From an uncultured Chloroflexia bacterium (GTDB lineage Bacteria > Chloroflexota > Anaerolineae > Anaerolineales > UBA4823), in assembly GCA_963793095.1 (NCBI GenBank), contig CAWBYY010000001.1, positions 70,431 through 134,430 of the forward strand: DNA of 64,000 nt, read 5' to 3'. Under the pieces are notes generated by a model. The model searched no databases and was not told the DNA's origin. It saw nothing but the letters and a program-made list of their open reading frames with translations. The translations under genes and the position numbers were made by a program. The stretch's first letter is position 1. Each line of letters opens with the position of its first letter. Of the stretch, positions 9,855 through 17,940 are shown in pieces.

Positions 9855-11107
9855 ATCGAATCGTCCAGCACAACCCGGCCTGTAATTGCAGACCTGACGC
9901 AGTCTGCCAGGCTTCCATAGCTGACCTCCGCTTTCAGCATCCCGGGTGAATAATAGGCGTATTTGCCCGAATTCGTCATCAGGTTCTTTATCTCAGGGTT
10001 GAGCATCGGTGTGGCAAGGATACAGGTGTCGGTTGTGAACCTGGCGCCAAACTTCCGCAGAGGTTCTAGGAGGCCCTCCTGCTCAGCCTGTTCGAGCTGC
10101 AGGCGGTTGGTGGTGATATGAAACAGGACCTGTGGATGCGCCTTTTTCCCCGCGACCAGACCAGCAAGTTTTTTGAACTCATCAATAGAGAAGTGGGGAC
10201 AACCCAGGGCAACCATATCCAGATGTTCGCCCTGAGCGGTGGTTAATTCAAGGCGGGCAGCCCGCAAATCGCCAGTGGTAATCTCAAATTTACCCTCAGG
10301 TTCTCTCCCCTGAAAGGCGGATTTTAAGGTCGGGGCTTCAGGCGTCACCCCAACCATATGGTAAAGGGCGACTGTTCCGGAGGAGGCCGCCGCGGCGCCA
10401 AAGGCTTTGTGCTGGTCGCTGGTCGGCGTGACTTTTATGCCATCCAGCACCGGGATTCGATCGTGGGCGATCCTACCGACCAGATGGCCCAGCACAGGGT
10501 AAAAATCATCCGCCTGCTGCAGCGTTTCGGGGATTTCCACCAGTTTAAGGAGGACCTGGCCGGCCCGGTTTTCAGCCAGGTGCAGGCCGGCTGCGGGAGC
10601 CCGCCCGGTTATGGCGCAGCAGATGTCCAGCAGGTCGGGATAGCGTTCCGTGCGGGCGCCAATGACGGAATTGGCATACACGATCGCGTTTGACTCTCCC
10701 CAGGCAATTTGCTGGCCGAAACGAGGCTGCCAGCGGGTCTGGTAAGGGGCGCAGGTCCAGGTTGGGATGGCGCCCATGCTCTGGTAAGCGACCATCTGGC
10801 GCTGGGCAGCCAAAGCCCAGTCCCGGTTCACGTCCCATTCCTGCCAGCGCATTTCATCCAGCCCGCTTACATTGAGGGTGGTTGGGACCGCGACCCTGGC
10901 ACCCAGTCCAGCCAGGTGTTCGGCGTATTCCAGGCCGGCATCGCCGATATAGATCGTGCTGTCGATGTGGGCCCCGCTGATATCCAGCAGTTCGTTTGCT
11001 GAATAAACCTCCGCCATGCGGACCAGTATCTCCAGCGCCATTTGGGGAGCCGGGCCGTGTTTTCCTGCGAGCATAGACTGGTCGCTTGCGGACAGTTTCA
11101 GAGACAT
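9842..11107 (-). CDS. aconitase X catalytic-domain subunit (DUF521; AcnX large subunit)
   Basis: The conserved part starts at MSLKLSASDQSMLAGKHGPA (ATG 11107). The track ORF extends to 11236. The size and the pairing with DUF126 fit a two-subunit AcnX. Confidence 0.85.
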   Translation of the reverse strand: MSLKLSASDQSMLAGKHGPAPQMALEILVRMAEVYSANELLDISGAHIDSTIYIGDAGLEYAEHLAGLGARVAVPTTLNVSGLDEMRWQEWDVNRDWALAAQRQMVAYQSMGAIPTWTCAPYQTRWQPRFGQQIAWGESNAIVYANSVIGARTERYPDLLDICCAITGRAPAAGLHLAENRAGQVLLKLVEIPETLQQADDFYPVLGHLVGRIAHDRIPVLDGIKVTPTSDQHKAFGAAAASSGTVALYHMVGVTPEAPTLKSAFQGREPEGKFEITTGDLRAARLELTTAQGEHLDMVALGCPHFSIDEFKKLAGLVAGKKAHPQVLFHITTNRLQLEQAEQEGLLEPLRKFGARFTTDTCILATPMLNPEIKNLMTNSGKYAYYSPGMLKAEVSYGSLADCVRSAITGRVVLDDSIWDG

Positions 11108-11322
11108 GGGGCTAATTATATTGTATCCAGACCGGGTTTTGTGTGTGAATGAAAATCCTCGGTTCGGATGTTCAAATGGAAACCATTGAGGCCTTTTCCG
11201 GGATTCGAAGTGCAGTTTGAAAAAAGAACTTGACACTATAGAACATATGTGCTAATATTTTGGATATTGATTGAGCAGGTGAGGGTCAGGTTCAGTTTCA
11301 ATATTAATTTTGGAGGTTATAA

Positions 11323-11781
11323 ATGGAACCAAAGATAGTCACAAGACCTGGTTTTAAGGTCGTCGGCATGAAGTACCACGGTACAGCCCAGCAAAATGAA
11401 ATCCCCCAGTTGTGGGTCAGCTTCATGGGAAGGCGGGACGAGATTCAACTCAGGGTCGATACCATGCTGTCATACGGAGTGACCACGTCCTTTGATTTTG
11501 TAACCAGAGAATTCGATTACAGCGCCTGCCTTGCGGTTGAAGATATCAGCGATGTCCCCGAAGGGATGGTAGGGATCGAAATCCCGGAGGGCACATACGC
11601 GGAATTTACAACCACAATACCGGCAATGATGGAGGCATATCAATACGCCAATGACAAATGGCTGCCCCAATCAGGATATGTCCGGGATTACAGGCCGGAA
11701 TTTGAGGAATACCCGGGGGAGTTTAACCCGGATGATCCCGGATCTGAATTCCGGTTCTACCTCCCAATAAAAAAGGCTTAA
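11323..11781 (+). CDS. GyrI-like / AraC effector-binding-domain small-molecule-binding protein
   Basis: 152 aa with the pattern MEPKIVTRPGFKVVGMKYHG...IPQLW...FEEYP...FRFYLPIKK, characteristic of GyrI-like domains. Confidence 0.75.
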   Translation: MEPKIVTRPGFKVVGMKYHGTAQQNEIPQLWVSFMGRRDEIQLRVDTMLSYGVTTSFDFVTREFDYSACLAVEDISDVPEGMVGIEIPEGTYAEFTTTIPAMMEAYQYANDKWLPQSGYVRDYRPEFEEYPGEFNPDDPGSEFRFYLPIKKA

Positions 11782-11802
11782 CTGTTGGAAAAATTATAAA
11801 AC

Positions 11803-11840
11803 TCGCCGCACTCCAGTTTTCAAAGTGCGGCGAATTTTTA
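11803..11840 (+). terminator. rho-independent terminator
   Basis: A perfect 10-bp GC-rich stem, TCGCCGCACT (11803-11812) with AGTGCGGCGA (11824-11833), has an 11-nt loop and is followed by ATTTTTAATTT. It starts 22 nt after the stop of the GyrI-like gene. Confidence 0.75.
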
Positions 11841-11874
11841 ATTTCCGGGGATTAGAATATTATCAGGCAGAAGT

Positions 11875-12961
11875 ATGAATGAGCGTTTGAAAGATATTTT
11901 TTTCACCGAAGAGTCGCTCAACTCGCTTGCAGAAGCGCTCAAGGATGCGTACCCTGAATTTGACCAGTCCAGGTTTTTTGAGCTGGTCTATTCGGATGGC
12001 TGGCAGGAGATGGCATTAAAGGAGAAAATGCACCGCACGGCAGACTGCATGCGCCAGACCCTTCCGGAAGATTATCCCGAGAGCTCTGGAGATTTTAAAG
12101 CAGGCTGCTCCCAGGGTTAAGGGATTTGAAGCCCTGGCTTTTCCGGATTTTGTGGAGAAATACGGCTTTGATGACTGGGACCTGTCACTGCCGGCGCTGG
12201 GATATTTCACCAAATTTGGAAGCTCAGAATTCGCGATCCGCCCCTTTCTGGCTCATGACTATAAACGGGTGATGCCGTACCTGCATGATTGGGCTGGCGC
12301 TGAAGATGAAAACGTCCGCCGGCTGGCGAGCGAAGGCCCCCGCCCCAGGCTGCCCTGGGGGATCAGGCTGGAGGTATTCATATCCGACCCGGGACCGGTC
12401 CTGGAGGTGCTGGAAAGGCTGAAAGATGATCCCTCCGAAACCGTGCGGCGCAGCGTCGCGAACAACCTGAATGACATCTCCAAGGATCATCCCGAGATTG
12501 CGCTGGAGGTGGCCGAACGCTGGATTGGCTATTCTGAGGACAGGGACTGGATCGTAAAACACGCCTGCCGGGGACTGCTTAAATCAGGCGACCAGCGCGC
12601 GATGAGGCTGTTTGGTTTCTGCGACCCGCAAAATGTCGCGGTTGAACAATTTGGGATAATCCCGGCATCCGCCAGGATTGGAGACAAAGTAAAACTTAAG
12701 TTCCAGCTGATTGTAGATGTAGGTCCTGAAACTTTGATCAGGCTTGAGTACAGGGTGGATTACGTGAAAGCCAGCGGTAAAGCCTCCCGGAAAGTTTTTC
12801 AGATTTCGGAAAAAAGCTATTCCCCCGGTCCGCATAGCATCACAAAGAACCACAATTTTGCGGATATGTCGACCCGCAGACATTATCCGGGCGTGCATAA
12901 AATTTCTATAATCGTTAATGGAATAGAAAAAGCCTATTCTCAGGTTGAATTATCCAGCTGA
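11875..12961 (+). pseudogene. DNA alkylation repair protein (AlkD-like HEAT-repeat family), reading frame interrupted (3n+1)
   Basis: ORF 11875..12120 plus ORF 12152..12961. The second frame is already open at about 12078 and reads (DYP)RALEILKQAAPRVKGFEALAFPDFVEKYGFDDWD, which joins the two parts. The junction is at CCC 12076-12078. The span of 1087 nt equals 3n+1. Confidence 0.7.
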
Positions 12962-13862
12962 GGGGAATTTCAAGCGGTAACCCCGCAGTGTCCTTTGGTG
13001 GTTAAACCCGCTGCTCTGGTAGAGTTTGACAGCGGCGGTGTTCTCAACATCAACCGCCAGGCTTACCACCCGGACTTCACTGAATGAAAATATCCAGTGC
13101 AGGGCAGTGACCAGCAGCCTTTTGCCAATCCCGCGCTTGCGTTCGCCTTGCTCGACGCCGATGAAATCGATCCCGGACTCCCCGATTTCGGGCGAAACGT
13201 AAGCGAAAATATATCCCAGCAGGCGGCCTGCTTCCGATACAACGAAAACATGGTGGGTGCCGTCAATTTTCTGGTACAGCTGGCTCCCGTTGTAGTAAGT
13301 CCCCGGGAACAGCTTATCGTGCAGAGCCTGGAACTGGTCGGCAAGCCCCGGCGTTAACCGGCTTTCGGAAACATGAGGGAGATGCTCGAGTGATGCACGC
13401 TGGAAGACCAGCAGGGTGGCGTCGCCGCTCGTCCGGTACCCGTGGCGTAGCGGCGAACTGTTCCAGCTTTTTATTTTGAGTGCCGCCGGCTAGCTCGTAG
13501 TCGTTTATCCCTTCCGGGATAATTTCCACAATTCGCTCATATAAAAGTTCCGCCAGGCCTTCCCAATCCGGGATTGAGATCAGGGGACCTTCAATCCAAG
13601 CCCGGCCCAAATCCAGGTCATACTCCAATCCGATCACGCCTGCCAGGCTGTCTTCCGAACGAGCCAGCAGGTAACTCTCTTCCGGGGGAATGGTCTGTTC
13701 ATTCAACAGGTAATACTCGATCTCATCTAGGGTGGTGCCGTAATAGGCGATATGGTGTTCGGGCTGGCTGTTTAAAGCAGCGATAAACCGGCAAACTTCA
13801 GGGAGATCAGAAGATAAAAAAAGCCTGGTTGTGTAAAGGTCACGGATATGAGGATTGGGCAA
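12950..13862 (-). pseudogene. two-domain GNAT acetyltransferase, reading frame interrupted (3n+1)
   Basis: The N-part lies in the frame of ORF 13314..13964. The C-part is my own translation, has no start codon and so is not in the track: ...RHGYRTSGDATLLVFQRASLEHLP...VFVVSEAGRLLGYIFAYVSPEIGESGIDFIGVEQGERKRGIGKRLL...VDVENTAAVKLYQSSGF...*, with its stop at 12950-12952. The junction is near 13441-13455. The start is uncertain (TTG 13862 is proposed). Confidence 0.6.
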
Positions 13863-13881
13863 TATTGTGAGTCCAGGTATA

Positions 13882-15111
13882 TTAATCGAATTTAAATACG
13901 GTTTTGAAGGATTGGTTCTCCGCCCGTTTGGACTGCAGGGCCAGCGCCTGGCGGTATTCTTCAAGCTTAAATCTGTGGGTCACCATCCAGCCCAGGTCAA
14001 CCCGGCCCTGGGCCATCCAGTCAATTGCGATGTCAAAAGTGCTCCGCTGGCGCCCATCGATAATATCTGCATGGTTGTATATGTAGGAGGACTTTAAACG
14101 CAGTTCATGGATGAAGATGGCGGACCAATCGACACCTTTGGCGACCCCGGGCACGCCCACCAGAACTACCAGGCCCCCGTTGTTTGTAAATCGCAATGCG
14201 TCATCCAGGCTGGTGTCCGATCCGACGCATTCGTAAACCTGGTCATACCCACCCAGCAGCATTCTTTTGCCGATAACCGGTTTCAGGATTTGAGCCCCGC
14301 TTAACCGGCTGACTTCAGCATAATAGTCGACCCCACCCGAGGCGAGTATTACCTCATCAGCCCCCAACCTGCGGGCAACCTCAGCCTGGAAGGGGTATCG
14401 GGCCAGCACGTGGATCCTGTTTTTCAACCCATAAGCCCGCATTGCGGCGAGGGTGCAGAGGGCGATCGTACCGGCGCCGATGACCAGGATCGAATCATCT
14501 TCGGCGGGCTGGTTGTTTAATACTGCATGCAGACCGGTCGCAAAAGGCTCGACCATCAGACCATTCTCAGCGCTAAGCGAATCCGGGATGCGGTAGAGCT
14601 GGGACTGGTGAGCCAGGAAATATTGGCTCCAGCTCCCGCCGGTGTCTTTGCTGAACCCGATTGATAAACTGGGAGATAGATCTCCCTGTGTGACCCGTTC
14701 GCAGCGGTTGGTCTCCCCACGCTGGCAGAAGGGGCATAAATCCTCAAAACCGCGCGGCCGGCACCACAGGGATGGCTCGACCACCACCCGCTCGCCTTCG
14801 CTGAACCGCTCAACCGCCGGCCCAATCCGGGTAACAACACCGATGTTCTCGTGGCCGAGGGTGAAAGGGTAGGATGTGAGCGGGGTTAAATACGGGCTGG
14901 CATGCAGGCGGATCGCGCTCATATCGCTGCCGCAGATGCCGCCGTAGCGGGTTTTGATTATGACCCATTCGTCACCGATAAGCTCAGGCTCGGGTACATC
15001 CTCGAAAGTTGTGCAGGACAGACCGCTCCAGAAAAAATCCTCCCGGATTTTTCCCAGAGCCAGTCCGGCTGCATAGCGGGGTATCGTGGGATTAAATCTC
15101 AATGCCTTCAT
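13882..15111 (-). CDS. zinc-dependent alcohol/polyol dehydrogenase (MDR superfamily)
   Basis: GICGSD, GHENIGVV and a GAGTIALC Rossmann motif are present. 409 aa. Confidence 0.85.
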   Translation of the reverse strand: MKALRFNPTIPRYAAGLALGKIREDFFWSGLSCTTFEDVPEPELIGDEWVIIKTRYGGICGSDMSAIRLHASPYLTPLTSYPFTLGHENIGVVTRIGPAVERFSEGERVVVEPSLWCRPRGFEDLCPFCQRGETNRCERVTQGDLSPSLSIGFSKDTGGSWSQYFLAHQSQLYRIPDSLSAENGLMVEPFATGLHAVLNNQPAEDDSILVIGAGTIALCTLAAMRAYGLKNRIHVLARYPFQAEVARRLGADEVILASGGVDYYAEVSRLSGAQILKPVIGKRMLLGGYDQVYECVGSDTSLDDALRFTNNGGLVVLVGVPGVAKGVDWSAIFIHELRLKSSYIYNHADIIDGRQRSTFDIAIDWMAQGRVDLGWMVTHRFKLEEYRQALALQSKRAENQSFKTVFKFD

Positions 15112-15296
15112 GGTGAAAAAATTTTATTAAGAAGATATCCAGAATTCTCCAGGCAGGATCGGAACGGCACCGGAATATTTTAATCAAAGGCAATGCGGGA
15201 CAATCGCTTATATACCCAACCGCCTTTTACAGGGTTACTGCCAGCCTGAATTATACAACCTGACCCGGCTATGTGTATTATTCCACCCGGTGGGTC

Positions 15297-16064
15297 CTAT
15301 TCATCCTTCAGGAAACGAAGTGAATTCAGCCCGGTTTGGATGGCTTGCTCAACTGCTTTGTGGACGACCTGGCGGTCTGGGGAGTAGGTATTGAAACTTT
15401 CGGCGCTCTCCAGCACGTTGCCGTCCACCGCCAGGACAGCCCCTGTGCGAACACCATGCAGGTTGCCAATCTGAAAAAGAGCCGCGCATTCCATTTCAAC
15501 CGCCAGAACGCCTGCCCTGGAAAGTTGAAGATAATCCGGTGTGTGGGCAGGTGCCGATTTGCTGACGTAAAATACATCCCTGGTCAGCACCAGACCGGTC
15601 CTTGCCGGGAACCCCAGCTCACCTGCCGCCTGGACAAGCGCCTGGATCACTTTGTAGTCCGCTGATGCTGGGTAGCCTGGCGGAAAGTTTTCGCAGCCAT
15701 AACCGGTATTCTGGACCGCGGCAGTGGCGATTACCAGGTCGCCGTCGCGGATCGATTCCTGCATGCCTCCGCAGGTGCCTACCCGGATGATAATTCTGGC
15801 TCCGGCTGCAACCAGTTCTTCAAATACGATTGCCGCGCCGGGCGCGCCCACTCCATGGGAACAAACTGTAAGCGCTATTCCATTGAATTCGCCGTTGTAG
15901 GCGTGGTATTCGCGCCGGCGGCTCAATTCCTTTTTAGAATCAAGCAGGCTGCTTATCCTGCCGGCGCGGTCCTGATCACCGCAAACAAGGACCAGGGGAA
16001 ACACCCCGCCATAGGGCAGGCCAGTGATGGGGAGGGTACCTGAACCGGGGAGGTTGTCTGCCAT
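15297..16064 (-). CDS. nucleoside phosphorylase, PNP/UDP family 1 (uridine or purine nucleoside phosphorylase-like)
   Basis: SHGVGAPGAAIVFEEL, RVGTCGG and VEMECAALF motifs are present. Confidence 0.8.
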   Translation of the reverse strand: MADNLPGSGTLPITGLPYGGVFPLVLVCGDQDRAGRISSLLDSKKELSRRREYHAYNGEFNGIALTVCSHGVGAPGAAIVFEELVAAGARIIIRVGTCGGMQESIRDGDLVIATAAVQNTGYGCENFPPGYPASADYKVIQALVQAAGELGFPARTGLVLTRDVFYVSKSAPAHTPDYLQLSRAGVLAVEMECAALFQIGNLHGVRTGAVLAVDGNVLESAESFNTYSPDRQVVHKAVEQAIQTGLNSLRFLKDE

Positions 16065-16106
16065 AATGGGAGCCTATTTTTCTCAGAAACGGATGCCTGG
16101 ACGTTT

Positions 16107-16922
16107 TCAGGTCACATCAACAAGTTTTGAAATGCGGTCAATTGTTTCCCGGAAAACTTTACTGTCTTCAAGGGTAATCTCGATCGCACCATCGGGACAG
16201 ATTTCCACACAGCGCCCGCAGCCGCGGCAGTCGCTGCCAATCGCAGCGCGCCCATCTATTATTTGGATTGCGTCCGTAAAACAGACCCCCTCAGCGCACA
16301 AACCGCACCCGCTGCACAGGTCGCTGACGGCAATTTCTAACCCGGGAAGTTTGTGGATTTTGCGGCTGATTTTTGGGGAGGCATAAGGAAGGGCTCCATA
16401 CAGGCAGCAGCAGGGGCAGCAGTTGCAGATTGTGAGCAGTTTGTAACCCGGTCCTGCACCAAGCCAGACCTGGTCAAGCCGGTTTCTGCCGATCATCTGG
16501 ACCAGGCCGGCTTCCCTACAGCGTTGGGCGTGGTTACGGGCTTGCTCTCTGGTGACCAGGGTCCCGAGATCAGGGTTGATATCCAGCACAGCCTCACCCA
16601 GGAACAGGCAGCCGTAATTTCTGGGGTAGTCGCGGCAGCCAGCGCCTTCCCGGCACAAACAGAAGTCCATTATCCAGTGGTAACTGGCTTTTTCGATAAA
16701 ATAATCGACAATTTCCGATGGCAGGGCGATATCTTCCGGCTGAGACAGGTTCTCTTTAATCTGGATTGTATTGTCCCGGGGCAGATAGACCACATCATCA
16801 GCCATAAAAAGGAAGGTGTTGGCGATAGTCTCCAGGACCGGCAGATTGGTCATCAGGGCGCCCAGGTACCTGGCCGGGTATACTTTCTTCAGCATATTAA
16901 CCAACCGGACTGACCTAGCCAT
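16107..16922 (-). CDS. Fe-S protein with C-terminal 2x[4Fe-4S] ferredoxin domain and N-terminal Cys-rich domain
   Basis: CSGCGLCAEGVC and CRGCGRCVEICP are CxxCxxCxxxC motifs. Upstream lie CLCREGAGC and the unusual ICNCCPCCC cluster. The gene sits 2 nt downstream of the P-loop gene. Confidence 0.75.
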   Translation of the reverse strand: MARSVRLVNMLKKVYPARYLGALMTNLPVLETIANTFLFMADDVVYLPRDNTIQIKENLSQPEDIALPSEIVDYFIEKASYHWIMDFCLCREGAGCRDYPRNYGCLFLGEAVLDINPDLGTLVTREQARNHAQRCREAGLVQMIGRNRLDQVWLGAGPGYKLLTICNCCPCCCLYGALPYASPKISRKIHKLPGLEIAVSDLCSGCGLCAEGVCFTDAIQIIDGRAAIGSDCRGCGRCVEICPDGAIEITLEDSKVFRETIDRISKLVDVT

Positions 16923-16924
16923 GT

Positions 16925-17710
16925 TTATGCCTCTCCGCCAGGCTGCTTACCTGAGAGAGAATCCAGGCTCTTTTGATAAACATCCCAGAGGCGATCTAAG
17001 GTAAGTTCCAGCCGTTCCCCCAGCGCATCCACTTTTCCCGAGGTGACATCATCTTCGTTCTCGAATACAACAAAGGGTATCCGGCATGAATCCAGGACCA
17101 GAAAATTGGAATCAGAGCGGGTTATCTCATGCCAGTCATCCTCGCTGTACAATTTTTCCAGTTTTTCATCTGGCAGGGAGTGCTCGAGGATGCTGTGCGG
17201 GCGCTGCGAGTTAAAGCGGAGCCTGTTTTTACGCTGCGATTCCCGGTAAGAGACATTCACATAAAGGATGCAGGAGTTTTTTAAGATTTCTTCCGAAAAA
17301 TTGTTCAGGGCTTTCCTGTAGCCGCCGTGCTCAGCGCCGCGTGAAAATTCAATTATCGTGGTTGTTTTGGCGCTATTGCGGTGGTTATCTTTCATTCGTT
17401 TTTGATATTCCAGATCCAGCCGCCGGATCAGCAGGTCCCACAGGTAATCCTCCTTGAAATATCCCTGCGAGTCGGTATACAAGCGCGGCTTGTTGAACTC
17501 ATTTTCAAGTATGTCATCTTCTTCAAACCATGTCCACAACATGGGGAAGTCGTCCAGTACATCAAGCTTCGCTATCCGGTACCGGCGTAATCTCTGCTCA
17601 GTATCGATATGTACCAGAAAATCGATTATTTCGCTCTTCCCGGACCCCGGTCTGCCAATTATAATAATAATGGGGAAATGGTTTGATTTCAAATTGGGAA
17701 CGGTTTGCAT
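16925..17710 (-). CDS. P-loop kinase-like NTPase (possibly 6-phosphofructo-2-kinase-fold)
   Basis: Walker A IIIIGRPGSGKSE is present. I moved the start to ATG 17710 (MQTVPNLKSNHFP...). The subfamily assignment is weak and rests on pattern resemblance only. Confidence 0.65.
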   Translation of the reverse strand: MQTVPNLKSNHFPIIIIIGRPGSGKSEIIDFLVHIDTEQRLRRYRIAKLDVLDDFPMLWTWFEEDDILENEFNKPRLYTDSQGYFKEDYLWDLLIRRLDLEYQKRMKDNHRNSAKTTTIIEFSRGAEHGGYRKALNNFSEEILKNSCILYVNVSYRESQRKNRLRFNSQRPHSILEHSLPDEKLEKLYSEDDWHEITRSDSNFLVLDSCRIPFVVFENEDDVTSGKVDALGERLELTLDRLWDVYQKSLDSLSGKQPGGEA

Positions 17711-17940
17711 GGATATATTATATGTGGGATATGGAATCGAGCAAAGCCCCTGATTGGATTTGCAGGGAATGTTAATACGGGAAATCCAGGCCATTTTCCC
17801 GGGATTCTGTTTCAATATCCGGATAGAGTTTCATTCCAGGTAACAGAAACAGCACCCTGAAACTAAAAAATTCTCGGAGTGTAGAATTGGATTACCCGGG
17901 CTGTGTGTGAGGGATATTTACCTGGGAGTCCCTTATTTAT

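Noticed and set aside
16353-16913. 186-aa plus-strand ORF.
   Set aside because: It is fully antisense to the Fe-S protein gene, which has clear CxxCxxCxxxC motifs. The plus-strand ORF has no motifs of its own.
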